Assembly (NCBI RefSeq): GCF_000025665.1
Contig: NC_013926.1
Coordinates: 660,001 to 692,000 of the forward strand
Length of the DNA: 32,000 nt
Direction of reading: 5' to 3'
Origin: Aciduliprofundum boonei T469
GTDB taxonomy: Archaea; Thermoplasmatota; Thermoplasmata; Thermoplasmatales; Aciduliprofundaceae
Position 1 is the first letter of the stretch. Every line of letters starts with the position of its first letter. Under the pieces are notes generated by a model. That model saw nothing but the letters and a program-made list of their open reading frames with translations, made no database searches and was not told the origin of the DNA. Both the position numbers and the translations under genes were made by a program. Shown one piece after another: positions 1 to 9,409 of the stretch.

Positions 1-1
1 T

Positions 2-304
2 ATTATCGTTAACATCTCCGCAAGTCCCATTACTTCCAGAGCCATGTTTGAAAAGATTATACCAGCGAGGGCCATAGAGAACACTGTATTTTTTGTTTAT
101 GTGAATTGGGCTGGATTGCAGCGCACCATGGAGTTCTGGGGCGGCTCTATGTTCTATTCTCCAAGGGGAAAGCTTCTATACAAAGCGCCTTATTTTGAGG
201 AAGATATTCACACGGTTGAAATAAACTTGGATGATATTGCCCTCGCTAGAAGAGTAAGACCCACATTGAGAGATACGAGAAAAGAATTATTCTCCTTCGT
301 TTAA
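2..304 (+). CDS. carbon-nitrogen hydrolase (nitrilase superfamily), C-terminal part; the 5' end lies upstream of the window
   Basis: The frame is open from base 2 (IIVNISASPITSRAMFEKIIPARAIENTVFFVYVNWAG...), so tracked ORF 44..304 is only the tail. The ARAIEN / VNxxG block is typical of CN_hydrolase C-terminal halves. Confidence 0.7.
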   Translation: MIVNISASPITSRAMFEKIIPARAIENTVFFVYVNWAGLQRTMEFWGGSMFYSPRGKLLYKAPYFEEDIHTVEINLDDIALARRVRPTLRDTRKELFSFV

Positions 305-1495
305 AACCTTTGAGGCCTTTGAGAATATAAGGGCTATGGAGAGAAATATGAGCACTGAAGATGAGAAAAGTATTATGGGGATTATTCCAAAGTAGTTTAT
401 TAGGAGACCTATGACAACAATCGAAATTAGAGTTGCTCCTTGGATTATCGCTCCTTGAGCGCTAAATACTCTTCCTCTAAATTCCTCCTTTATGGCTTTT
501 TGGAATATGGCAGTAGCCGGGGCGTTTAGATAACCTACAAAGTAGCCAATCATGAACCCTCCAAATATTAGTGCAACCCAGGGAGTTGGTAAGATACCCA
601 GTATTAGAATCATAATTCCTATTCCCAATATCCCAGTCAGTACCATCTTTCCTGGGGAGAATCTTCCTGCGAGGAATCCTGTTGAAATTGAGCCTACAAC
701 TGTACCGATACCGAATAGAACTTCTAGGGCTCCATAACCTCCGACTCCCATATGCACAACATCCCTTATGTATATGGAGAACGCCACATTTAAACCACCG
801 ACAAAGAGCATAACTATGGAAAATATGAGAATCAGCAATCTAACAGTTGGATTGTTCCATATGTATTTTAATCCATCAATTAGCTCTTCCAGCGGTTTTT
901 TCATCTCCTTCCTTGCTTTATGCTCATAAATCATAAGAGATATCATAATTGCTGAGAATACATAGGAAGATGAGTCAAATATGAATATCCATGTGTACCC
1001 AAGAATGTAAATCATTGGAGTTGCGATAACTGGGCCTAAAATAACTGAGAGCATATAGGTCATCTGTGAGAATGAATTTGCCTCTACCAAGTTTTCCTCT
1101 TTCATGATCTCTGGGATTATAGATGCTCTTGCTGGGTAGAAAAATCTTGAGACCGTTGCAAGGAGAAACACAACAATTGCTAATTGAATCACGGATGTGC
1201 AGAATATGAAGAATAAAGCTAAAAATGCCCGAATCAAATCCGCAGCTATCATGGTAAGCTGCTTGTTCCATCTATCAACAAATACTCCCACGAAGGGGCC
1301 AAATAGTAGTACGGGGAGCGAGGAAGAAGCCATGACAATGCTAAGGTCCAAAGCAGTACCTTTCCAAGAGAATACAACCAAAACTCCTAATCCGAAAAAT
1401 GCAACTTCATCACCTATATTTGATACAATTTGACCAATCCACAATTTTAGAAAATTTCGATTCTTCAGTACTATGCCCATTCCTTTAAGGCTCAC
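287..1495 (-). CDS. MFS transporter (DHA3/EntS-like)
   Basis: About 12 hydrophobic segments. The N-terminus (NRNFLKLWIGQIVSNIGD) and the FVDRWNK loop are typical of MFS_3. Position 1495 is a GTG; an in-frame ATG at 1480 (MGIVLKNRNF...) is an equally plausible start. The 3' end overlaps the convergent nitrilase tail by 18 nt. Confidence 0.8.
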   Translation of the reverse strand: MSLKGMGIVLKNRNFLKLWIGQIVSNIGDEVAFFGLGVLVVFSWKGTALDLSIVMASSSLPVLLFGPFVGVFVDRWNKQLTMIAADLIRAFLALFFIFCTSVIQLAIVVFLLATVSRFFYPARASIIPEIMKEENLVEANSFSQMTYMLSVILGPVIATPMIYILGYTWIFIFDSSSYVFSAIMISLMIYEHKARKEMKKPLEELIDGLKYIWNNPTVRLLILIFSIVMLFVGGLNVAFSIYIRDVVHMGVGGYGALEVLFGIGTVVGSISTGFLAGRFSPGKMVLTGILGIGIMILILGILPTPWVALIFGGFMIGYFVGYLNAPATAIFQKAIKEEFRGRVFSAQGAIIQGATLISIVVIGLLINYFGIIPIILFSSSVLIFLSIALIFSKASKVLNEGE

Positions 1496-1545
1496 AGGCG
1501 GATATGATTGTTTTCTTATTTTAATATTAAGGAAAGTTTTATGGT

Positions 1546-2883
1546 ATGAGTAGCGATTCCCTGCATATGAACGATATGCAAGATATGCTCCGCGCTATGA
1601 AACTTGATTCTTGGGAAGAACTTTTTAAGGATATTCCCAAGGAAGCAAGGAAGGATGGAATAAACATACCGAGCATGGATGAGTATGAGCTTTTCCGCTA
1701 CGCTAAAAAATTGGCAGATAAGAACAAGGATTTTTTCCAGATGCCAAATTTCCTAGGTGCTGGCGTGTATTTCCATTTCATACCCCCAGCCGTTTTATCT
1801 CTAGCTTCAAGATCTGAGTTTTACACCTCCTATACCCCTTATCAGGCTGAAATCTCGCAAGGAATGCTTCAAGTCCTATTTGAGTATCAGAGCTTGATAG
1901 CAGAGCTCACAGGCATGGATGTGGCCAACTCCTCCATGTACGATGCCTCCACCTCCCTTGGTGAGGCTGCAAGAATGGCAAACAGAATAAACAGGAGAAG
2001 GGAGATTCTCGTGCCAGAGAACCTGCACTGGGAGAAGGAGAGCGTGCTGAAAAATTACATAGCGGGATTGGGGATGAAGGTCAAAAAGTATCCCCTTAAT
2101 GAGAGAAGTATGGTGGATCTAGATGGATTATCTTCTATGATTACCAAGGATACTGCGGCAGTGTACGCTGAGAACCCTAACTTTTTCGGGATAATTGATG
2201 AGAATGTTGTACATCTAAGAGAGATCGTTGGAGATTCCATACTGATAGTGGGCGTGAATCCCATATCCCTGGGAGTGCTCAAGCCTCCTGGAGAGTACGG
2301 TGCGGATATAGTTATCGGCGAGGGCCAAATATTGGGCAATCCCATAAGCTTTGGAGGACCTCTGTTAGGCATATTTGCCACTAAAATGAAGTATGTGCGC
2401 AAGATGCCGGGCAGACTCATAGGAATGACCAAGGACGCTGAGGGAAGAAGGGCATTTACAATGACATTGCAAACCAGAGAGCAGCATATTCGCCGTGGAA
2501 AGGCAACGAGCAACATATGCTCTAACGAAGCTCTGTGCGCGCTTATGAGCACTCTATACCTTGCATATCTAGGCTCTAATGGATTGAGGAAAGTGGCAAA
2601 GAAGAATATGGAGAATGCAAAGAAATTAATGCATATGCTCAAGAGTGAAGGATTTGACGCTCCTCATTTCGATGCGCCCCATTTTAACGAATTCCTACTT
2701 GATTTGCCCAAGAATCCGCATCTTGTTAATAAAGCACTTATCGCGAAGGGTGTGCAGGGTGGCTATCCCATAAACGAGGGTTGTTTCAGGGGAATAGGCC
2801 ATGCTATGCTTCTCTGCACCACAGAGATTCACGAGGATGAAGATATGCGAAGATTGGTAGAAGCTTTGAAGGAGGTGCTTTAA
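1546..2883 (+). CDS. gcvPA: glycine dehydrogenase (decarboxylating) subunit 1
   Basis: 445 aa. Contains YTPYQAEISQG, EYQSLIAELTGMDVANSSMYD and REQHIRRGKATSNICSNEAL blocks diagnostic of the P-protein alpha subunit. Sits immediately upstream of gcvPB. Confidence 0.95.
   Translation: MSSDSLHMNDMQDMLRAMKLDSWEELFKDIPKEARKDGINIPSMDEYELFRYAKKLADKNKDFFQMPNFLGAGVYFHFIPPAVLSLASRSEFYTSYTPYQAEISQGMLQVLFEYQSLIAELTGMDVANSSMYDASTSLGEAARMANRINRRREILVPENLHWEKESVLKNYIAGLGMKVKKYPLNERSMVDLDGLSSMITKDTAAVYAENPNFFGIIDENVVHLREIVGDSILIVGVNPISLGVLKPPGEYGADIVIGEGQILGNPISFGGPLLGIFATKMKYVRKMPGRLIGMTKDAEGRRAFTMTLQTREQHIRRGKATSNICSNEALCALMSTLYLAYLGSNGLRKVAKKNMENAKKLMHMLKSEGFDAPHFDAPHFNEFLLDLPKNPHLVNKALIAKGVQGGYPINEGCFRGIGHAMLLCTTEIHEDEDMRRLVEALKEVL
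2653..2682 (+). repeat. in-frame tandem 15-nt duplication inside gcvPA (FDAPH FDAPH)
   Basis: tttgacgctcctcat / ttcgatgcgccccat. The two copies differ only at third codon positions, in 4 of 5 codons. Confidence 0.9.
2871..2877 (+). promoter_or_regulatory. Shine-Dalgarno site for gcvPB
   Basis: GGAGGTG lies 6 nt upstream of the ATG at 2884, inside the end of gcvPA. The gcvPA stop TAA directly abuts the gcvPB ATG. Confidence 0.7.
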
Positions 2884-4329
2884 ATGTACAGGCAGGCAAG
2901 GTACGATGAGCCCTTGCTTAAGGAGATGCACAGCGAGAATGATGTAGAGATAGAAATAGAAGTGCCCGAGGTATTGAAGAGAGAGAAATTGGAGCTGCCC
3001 AACATACCAGAATATGAGGTGGTTCGTCATTATACCAGGCTCTCGCAGATGAATTATGGGGTGGATATCAACACATACCCTCTGGGATCCTGCACGATGA
3101 AATACAATCCCAAGCTCAACGAGGAGATTGCAAGAATGTTCTTCTATCTTCACCCTTATCAGGATGAGAGTACGGTGCAGGGAGCATTGCAGATCATGTA
3201 CGAATTGCAAGAGATGCTGAAAGAAATAACTGATATGGATGCATTTACGCTGCAGCCTGCAGCAGGGGCACATGGAGAATTCACAGGTATGCTTCTTGTT
3301 AGAGCCTATCATGAATTTAGGGGAGAATTAGAGAAGAGGCGCAATGTTCTCGTGCCAGACTCTGCGCATGGTACAAATCCTGCCAGTGCGGCCATGGCCG
3401 GGTTTAATGTGATCGAGATACCATCTAACAAAGAAGGTATGGTTGATTTAGAAGCTTTAGAAGCTGCAACGGATGAATCAACAGCTGCATTCATGATAAC
3501 AAATCCAAACACTCTGGGCATATTTGAGGAGGATATATTGGAAATTGCCAAGATCATGCACAAGAACGGTGCGTTGCTCTACTACGATGGTGCAAATCTC
3601 AATGCCATCATGGGCATAACCTCACCGGGCATAATGGGATTTGATATAGTGCATCTGAATCTGCACAAGACCTTCTCCACGCCCCACGGTGGTGGTGGAC
3701 CTGGCTCCGGGCCTGTTGGCGTTCGTGGTGAGCTTGTGGATTTCTTACCCGTTCCTATTGTGAATTACGATGGAGAGAAGTATTTCTTAGATTACAATGT
3801 AAGGCATACCATAGGCAAAGTGCGTAGCTTCTATGGCAATTTTGGAGTTCTGGTAAAAGCCTGGGCCTACATAAAGCGCTTGGGAGGAGAAGGATTGAGA
3901 GATGCGGCTATACGCGCTGTGGTCAATTCAAATTATTTAAAGGAGAGAATAAAAGAGCACTACGAGCTTCCCTACAAGGATCTGAGAAAGCATGAATTTG
4001 TGGTCAGGCCCAAGAATGCCACTGCCCTAGATGTGGCAAAGAGGTTGCTGGACTTCGGCGTGCACGCGCCAACTGTGTATTTTCCACTCATAGTGCACGA
4101 AGCCCTGATGATCGAGCCCACAGAAACGGAGACGAAGGAGAATCTTGATAGATTTGCAGAGATAATGATAAGAATTGCAAAAGAGGCGGATGAGGAGTCA
4201 GAGCTTTTGCACGAGGCACCGCATAACACGTCCATTGGAAGAGTGGATGATATCCTCGCCAACAGAAAACCGGTACTAACTTGGAAAATGTACAGGGAGA
4301 TGAAAGAAAGGGGAGAAATAGACTACTGA
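2884..4329 (+). CDS. gcvPB: glycine dehydrogenase (decarboxylating) subunit 2 (PLP-binding)
   Basis: 481 aa. Contains [22 protein letters not shown] and the [21 protein letters not shown]-lysine block characteristic of the P-protein beta subunit. Confidence 0.95.
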   Translation: MYRQARYDEPLLKEMHSENDVEIEIEVPEVLKREKLELPNIPEYEVVRHYTRLSQMNYGVDINTYPLGSCTMKYNPKLNEEIARMFFYLHPYQDESTVQGALQIMYELQEMLKEITDMDAFTLQPAAGAHGEFTGMLLVRAYHEFRGELEKRRNVLVPDSAHGTNPASAAMAGFNVIEIPSNKEGMVDLEALEAATDESTAAFMITNPNTLGIFEEDILEIAKIMHKNGALLYYDGANLNAIMGITSPGIMGFDIVHLNLHKTFSTPHGGGGPGSGPVGVRGELVDFLPVPIVNYDGEKYFLDYNVRHTIGKVRSFYGNFGVLVKAWAYIKRLGGEGLRDAAIRAVVNSNYLKERIKEHYELPYKDLRKHEFVVRPKNATALDVAKRLLDFGVHAPTVYFPLIVHEALMIEPTETETKENLDRFAEIMIRIAKEADEESELLHEAPHNTSIGRVDDILANRKPVLTWKMYREMKERGEIDY

Positions 4330-4874
4330 GGAGAATAGGGCTTGTAGAGCTTATGCTCTATTCCCAAGGAATCCAAAATTTTTCCTACAATGTAATTCAC
4401 AACATCATCTATTTTTTTAGGTTTCAAATAGAATGCAGGTACAGGAGGTAGAATATCGACACCTATTTTTGAGAGCTTGAGCATGTTTTCAAGGATAATT
4501 GGGCTAAGAGGCGTTTCTCTTGGTACCAAAATTACCTTTCTTCTCTCTTTTAAAGCCACGGAGGCAACGCGAGTTATGAGATTATCCGCTATGCCGCAGG
4601 CTATTTTTGATAATGTACTCGTAGAGCATGGTACTATTACCAAAGAATCAAACCTCGTAGTTCCAGAGGCAATATCCGCATCCATTTCGTTGTTATTGTA
4701 AATTCTTGAGGATAAATTTATTAGGTCCTCCTCTTTGTAATCTGTCTCGTATTTTATAATCTTCTTAGCGTTTTCGGAGAGTATTAAGGAGACATCATGA
4801 GCTTTTAAACTTTCCAGAAGTTTTATTCCCAGTATGCTGCCTGATGCACCTGTTATACCAACGATTATTTTCAT
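4323..4874 (-). CDS. ubiX: flavin prenyltransferase UbiX
   Basis: Taking the ATG at 4874 as start gives [21 protein letters not shown]..., the canonical flavoprotein N-terminus. [21 protein letters not shown] and LVPRETPLS blocks match the UbiX/Pad1 family. The tracked start at 5060 adds 62 unsupported residues and collides with the divergent nhaP start. Confidence 0.88.
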   Translation of the reverse strand: MKIIVGITGASGSILGIKLLESLKAHDVSLILSENAKKIIKYETDYKEEDLINLSSRIYNNNEMDADIASGTTRFDSLVIVPCSTSTLSKIACGIADNLITRVASVALKERRKVILVPRETPLSPIILENMLKLSKIGVDILPPVPAFYLKPKKIDDVVNYIVGKILDSLGIEHKLYKPYSPQ

Positions 4875-4953
4875 GATGGAACAAAATGATAAGAAACTTA
4901 AATAATATTCGGTTGAGATATGTATATATACGAGCAATATATCTCCCCCTTCG
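4875..4953. promoter_or_regulatory. divergent promoter region between ubiX and nhaP
   Basis: A 79-nt AT-rich spacer with TATA-like tracts (cttaaataatatt) and a perfect palindrome, GTATATATAC, at about 4921..4931. Confidence 0.4.
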
Positions 4954-6249
4954 GTGATATCATTGGATTTCAACATATCTTTGGTACTGCATTCCGAGGT
5001 GGATGTAGTCGCATATGCTGTTCTCATAGTCCTTTTATTTGGCATAATATCACTTCTCATTAGTAGAAGAACTAAGATATCCTACATACCCATACTCATT
5101 CTTTTTGGCATTCTAATAGGGCCCGTGTTGGGCATGATTAATAGAAAATTAGCTTTGAGTTTGTTTGAATATGTAAGAGTTTTTGGTCTTTTTATGATTC
5201 TATTTGCTGAGGGGTATCATTTGTGGAGGTCTCTTTTAGTTAAAAACTTTACCACGATAGCCCTTCTCGATACCATAGGTCTTTTGATAACTGCCCTCTT
5301 AGCAGGTTTTATTTTCTCGCTAATCTTCCATGTACCATTCACAGTTGGATTCCTCTTTGGTGCTATAGTGTCTGCAACTGATCCCGCTACTCTTATACCC
5401 CTATTCAAACAGCACAAGGTTGATAGAAACATAGAAACGGTTATAGTTACAGAATCTATCTTTAATGATCCTCTGGGTGTGGTGCTTACATCTCTTGCTC
5501 TTGCTTTCGTCATGCCCCAAGCACCCAGTGCACAGCCAGTAGAAAAATTAGCAGAGTATGTAACTCTCTATCCCGCTGCGATTTTGTATTTTCTTTATCA
5601 GGTGGGAATGTCCATAGTGATAGGTGCAATTGTTGCTTGGATAGGATATGAGGGAATAAAGAAGATAAAACTCAGAAAATCTCCATATGTGGAAATCTTA
5701 GCAATAACTCTGGCTTTTGGTGGATTTGTGTTAGGAGAGGTTGTGGGTGCCTCGGGATTTCTGGTTGCAACAGTGATAGGAATCTTGCTGGGTAATTATG
5801 ATGATTTCTTCCATGATAACTCCCCCGAAGTCCAGCATGCTGTGAGGTGGCACATGCATTTTAACGATGTTCTTGCCATGCTTGGAACTATATTCATATT
5901 CATACTTTTAGGAGCCAGTTTGAATCTCTCTATGCTGGATCCACTGATGATTTTGTACGGTTCAATAATAGCCCTTTTCATAGTATTCGTTGCCAGGCCT
6001 GTGGCGGCCTTGGTCATACTGCCTAAATGGAAATTCAAGAAATACCTATTCATCTCTTTAGAAGGGCCTCGTGGAGTTGTACCTTCGGCCTTGGCCAGCA
6101 TGCCTCTTATGCTTGGAATAGCGTATAATAATACTCAGATGATACACTGGGGTGAGCTCATTTTAAGCACTACGATTATAACGGTGCTGTTGACAGTGAT
6201 AATAGAGACCCTGTGGGTTCCCTATTTGAAAAAGAAGCTTCTTAGTTAA
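4954..6249 (+). CDS. nhaP: Na+/H+ (cation:proton) antiporter, CPA1 NhaP type
   Basis: Polytopic membrane protein. ATDPATLIPLF and ESIFNDPLGVV (the ND motif of electroneutral CPA1 exchangers) are present. The 4954 start is a GTG and is uncertain by a few codons. Confidence 0.85.
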   Translation: MISLDFNISLVLHSEVDVVAYAVLIVLLFGIISLLISRRTKISYIPILILFGILIGPVLGMINRKLALSLFEYVRVFGLFMILFAEGYHLWRSLLVKNFTTIALLDTIGLLITALLAGFIFSLIFHVPFTVGFLFGAIVSATDPATLIPLFKQHKVDRNIETVIVTESIFNDPLGVVLTSLALAFVMPQAPSAQPVEKLAEYVTLYPAAILYFLYQVGMSIVIGAIVAWIGYEGIKKIKLRKSPYVEILAITLAFGGFVLGEVVGASGFLVATVIGILLGNYDDFFHDNSPEVQHAVRWHMHFNDVLAMLGTIFIFILLGASLNLSMLDPLMILYGSIIALFIVFVARPVAALVILPKWKFKKYLFISLEGPRGVVPSALASMPLMLGIAYNNTQMIHWGELILSTTIITVLLTVIIETLWVPYLKKKLLS

Positions 6250-6288
6250 TCCAAAAGTTTTATTTTCTATAACAAATTTAATCTTACT

Positions 6289-7059
6289 ATGATAGCTTTG
6301 ATCTCATTACTTTTAGTGATACTCTTCTCCGTAATTTTTGTTAGAATAGGGGCAGTGGCTCTGGAGATGACAGGTTTATCAAGAGAAGTGGCTGCATTTC
6401 AGGCACAGTCAGCATACACGGGAGTTGGATTTACTACATCAGAATCGGAGTATGTGGTATCGCATCCTGTTAAAAGAAAGATAATTAGAACGCTGATGTT
6501 TGTAGGTAGTGCGGGGATAGCATCGGCTATTGCTATGCTGTTTCTTAGTTTTGTTGGAAAAACAGAGAAAGAGAGTTTGGATAGTTTAATATATTTGGGA
6601 ATAGGTCTTATTTTACTTTACTTCTTTGCCCGATCAAAATTTATTGACAGGGGATTAAGGTACATAATAAAGAAATCACTGCGGAAATTTACAAAGTTGC
6701 ATGTTTATGATTATGAGCTTCTCTTGGGGCTTTCTAAAGGATACTCTATTGGTCAATTTAAAGTTAGGCGCAATAGTTGGCTGGCAAATAGAAAGCTCGA
6801 ATCTCTTAAGTTGAAAGAAGAAGGTATTCTAGTTTTGGGTATTCACAGGAAGAGCGGAGAAAGAGAGATCTTTATAGGTGCTCCGAAAGGGGAGGTTACA
6901 ATAAATCCTGGGGATGTACTCGTGTGCTATGGACCCGATGAAGGCATAAAGAGGCTGTCTCACAGAATAAAGGGTAAGAAGGGAGATAAAGAGCATAGAG
7001 AGGCCGTGAAGATGGAAAAGCTCAGGCAGATGGAGGAGAAAATGGAGATATCCAAGTAA
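6289..7059 (+). CDS. small membrane protein with a C-terminal RCK_C (TrkA-C) domain
   Basis: Three predicted TM segments in aa 1-115. The C-terminal half (WLANRKLESLKLKEEGILVLGIHRKSGEREIFIGAPKGEVTINPGDVLVCYG) matches the TrkA-C fold pattern. See the finding on its pore-loop-like segment. Confidence 0.7.
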   Translation: MIALISLLLVILFSVIFVRIGAVALEMTGLSREVAAFQAQSAYTGVGFTTSESEYVVSHPVKRKIIRTLMFVGSAGIASAIAMLFLSFVGKTEKESLDSLIYLGIGLILLYFFARSKFIDRGLRYIIKKSLRKFTKLHVYDYELLLGLSKGYSIGQFKVRRNSWLANRKLESLKLKEEGILVLGIHRKSGEREIFIGAPKGEVTINPGDVLVCYGPDEGIKRLSHRIKGKKGDKEHREAVKMEKLRQMEEKMEISK

Positions 7060-7065
7060 TTCCAT

Positions 7066-7075
7066 TATTTTTTTA
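7066..7075 (+). terminator. oligo-T tract after the RCK_C gene (archaeal-type terminator candidate)
   Basis: A T7 run at 7068..7074 lies 9 nt after the stop codon. It overlaps the AT-rich promoter region of the MTAP gene. Confidence 0.35.
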
Positions 7076-7106
7076 TGTTTAAATCCTATACTCCACTGGT
7101 GATACT

Positions 7107-7880
7107 ATGCCAAAGATAGGTATAATTGGTGGCTCTGGGGTTTACGGGGTTTTCAATCCAAAGGAGAGTGTAAAGGTTCATACCCCCTACGGTTTACCCT
7201 CTGGCAATGTGGAGATCGGTGAGATAAATGGCGTTGAAGTTGCATTCATTCCTCGCCACGGAAAAGGGCATTATATACCTCCGCACAAGGTTAATTATCG
7301 AGCAAATATATTTGCACTGCATTCGCTAGGAGTGGAGAGAGTGATAGGAATAAGCGCTGTGGGCTCTTTGAGGGAGGATTACAGGCCTGGAGATATTGTA
7401 ATAACTGATCAGTACATAGATTTCACCAAAAAAAGAGAATACACATTCTACGATGGTCCTAAAGTGGTGCATATAAGCATGGCTGATCCTTTCTGCCCAG
7501 AGTTAAGAAATGTGTTCATAGAAACCACGAGGGCATTGGGCTATCCTATGCATGATAGGGGAACTTATGTCTGCATTGAGGGACCAAGATTCTCCACCCG
7601 AGCAGAGAGCAGAATGTTCAGGCAGTTTGCGGATATAATTGGTATGACTCTCGTGCCTGAGGTGCAATTGGCAAGGGAGTTAGAGATGTGCTATGTAAAC
7701 ATCTCTACCATAACCGATTACGATGTTTGGGCTGAGAAGCCTGTCACAACGGAGGAGGTTATGCGCGTTATGAAAGAAAATGAGGAAAAGGTGAAGAGGA
7801 TATTGGAAAAGGGTGTGCCAATGATTCCCAAGGAAAGGCATTGCGGATGCAAAGATGCCCTGAAAGGAGCTGAAATATGA
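7107..7880 (+). CDS. mtnP: S-methyl-5'-thioadenosine phosphorylase
   Basis: [42 protein letters not shown] and IGMTLVPE blocks match the MTAP/PNP family. The C-terminal HCGCKD contains a CXC motif, as described for hyperthermophilic archaeal MTAPs. Confidence 0.92.
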   Translation: MPKIGIIGGSGVYGVFNPKESVKVHTPYGLPSGNVEIGEINGVEVAFIPRHGKGHYIPPHKVNYRANIFALHSLGVERVIGISAVGSLREDYRPGDIVITDQYIDFTKKREYTFYDGPKVVHISMADPFCPELRNVFIETTRALGYPMHDRGTYVCIEGPRFSTRAESRMFRQFADIIGMTLVPEVQLARELEMCYVNISTITDYDVWAEKPVTTEEVMRVMKENEEKVKRILEKGVPMIPKERHCGCKDALKGAEI

Positions 7881-9394
7881 GCGAGCATGTAGAGCTTGCA
7901 AGAAAATCTCTATTTTCGCTATCTTACAATGTGGTTGGTGGTATAGTTGGCTATATAACCATGTTTTTTGCCTTGCGTCTTGTTGGGCAGGAGGCTTGGG
8001 GTATATATGGTTCAGCCCTTGCAATTGCGGGATTATTGAGCATTATTGCCACCTTGGGATTGGATGGCACCCATATAAAGATGATGACAAAGCTTAAAGA
8101 TAAAGCCCAGTGTATGGGAGCTTATATTCTGTTAAAAGGTCTATTTGGATTCTTGTATTTATCTCTCTCATTTTTAGGGTTTTTTGTCATAGGCGATATT
8201 CTCGGATATAAATTTGAGTCCATATACCTTGCAAGGGCGGTTTACATAACAATATTTGGATTTTTCATAGGTTCTATTGCCAATATATTCAAGACCACAT
8301 ATCAGGTAAAGCTTCAAGCCAGGAGATCTTTAGCTCCTATGTTTGTGCAGCTTTTTGTCCAAGATATTTTTATCTTGATATTTTCAATATCTTATTATTT
8401 TTATCAATCTGTATCTCAGAGCTATGTTGGTGTTTTGTTTGCATTTGCGTATCTTTTAGGCAATGTTGCAAAGTTCTTTGTTTATTTAGTTTGGACATTT
8501 AAGGATGAGATCTCATACAGATTTCCCGAAAAGAAAGTTATTAGGGAATACTTGCATTTTACCATTCCGTTGGCTCTTTTGGGTGGTGTTGGTATCATTC
8601 AGGCGTATACAGATAGAACAATGCTCCAGTTTTTCTGGAACGCTACAGAAGTGGGCGGTTATTTCTCTGTTCAGAAAATAGCACTATCTGTAATATACCT
8701 TGGTGGTGCTCTCGTGTTCTTTCTTTACCCAGCCCAATCAAAATACTACGAGGAAAAAAAGAAAAGCGAGTTTTTCTTATTAACCAAGAAAGCCGAGAGA
8801 TACCTATCGTTATTCATTTCTCCCTTCGTATTTTTTACCTTTGCAATGGCTCCAGAAATATTGAATTTGTTTAAACATACATTGATTTCCTACTCCACTC
8901 CATTGATTATATTGATGATATATGCTTACTTGAATGTAATAAACAGGCCCTATGGTTCCCAGATGACCTCTGCCAATTTGCCTCATGAAGTTTTGAGGGT
9001 TGGCTTGCTCCAAGCAACTGCCAATGTTGTTCTAAACGCAATTTTCATACCTAAATCCATAGCCGGCATACCTCTATTTGGATGGAAAAGTACAGGAGCT
9101 GCGTTGGGTACCTTGTTTTCTTTCTTGATAGGATTCATTTATTTCAGGTACCGCGTGTGGAGAATTTTAGGTACAAAATACGAAATTCGCATACTCTATC
9201 ATATCCTAGCTGGAACAGTAGCTGTTCTTCTTTTTTATCTCCTAAAGCATTTCACAGGTCCTCTTTATCCTTGGTATCTCCTTGGCGGCTCTTTTATTCT
9301 GTTTGTCGGGATATACGTGGGTATTTTGTATTTACTTGGTGAATTTGGCAAAGAAGAATGGCAGCTTTTGTGGAGAATTTTTAGAGGTTTTTAA
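7877..9394 (+). CDS. polysaccharide/oligosaccharide flippase (MOP superfamily, Wzx/AglR-like)
   Basis: 505 aa with about 14 hydrophobic segments and the size and topology of Polysacc_synt proteins. The start overlaps the MTAP stop (ATGA). Confidence 0.7.
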   Translation: MSEHVELARKSLFSLSYNVVGGIVGYITMFFALRLVGQEAWGIYGSALAIAGLLSIIATLGLDGTHIKMMTKLKDKAQCMGAYILLKGLFGFLYLSLSFLGFFVIGDILGYKFESIYLARAVYITIFGFFIGSIANIFKTTYQVKLQARRSLAPMFVQLFVQDIFILIFSISYYFYQSVSQSYVGVLFAFAYLLGNVAKFFVYLVWTFKDEISYRFPEKKVIREYLHFTIPLALLGGVGIIQAYTDRTMLQFFWNATEVGGYFSVQKIALSVIYLGGALVFFLYPAQSKYYEEKKKSEFFLLTKKAERYLSLFISPFVFFTFAMAPEILNLFKHTLISYSTPLIILMIYAYLNVINRPYGSQMTSANLPHEVLRVGLLQATANVVLNAIFIPKSIAGIPLFGWKSTGAALGTLFSFLIGFIYFRYRVWRILGTKYEIRILYHILAGTVAVLLFYLLKHFTGPLYPWYLLGGSFILFVGIYVGILYLLGEFGKEEWQLLWRIFRGF

Positions 9395-9395
9395 A

Positions 9396-9409
9396 TTTTT
9401 ATTTTTAAG
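9396..9409 (+). terminator. oligo-T tracts after the flippase gene
   Basis: atttttatttttaag (two T5 runs) begins directly after the stop at 9392..9394, at the convergent junction with the next gene. Confidence 0.3.

Noticed and set aside
2055-3312. Long antisense ORFs (195 aa and 205 aa) opposite gcvPA/gcvPB
   Set aside because: They lie entirely opposite genes with unmistakable P-protein motifs. Their translations are compositionally odd (Cys/His/Leu-rich) and have no recognisable domains, so they are typical shadow ORFs.
4875-5060. 62-codon N-terminal extension of the ubiX ORF as drawn in the ORF track
   Set aside because: The extension has no family similarity and overlaps the divergent nhaP start and promoter. 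The internal ATG at 4874 gives the canonical [12 protein letters not shown] flavoprotein N-terminus.
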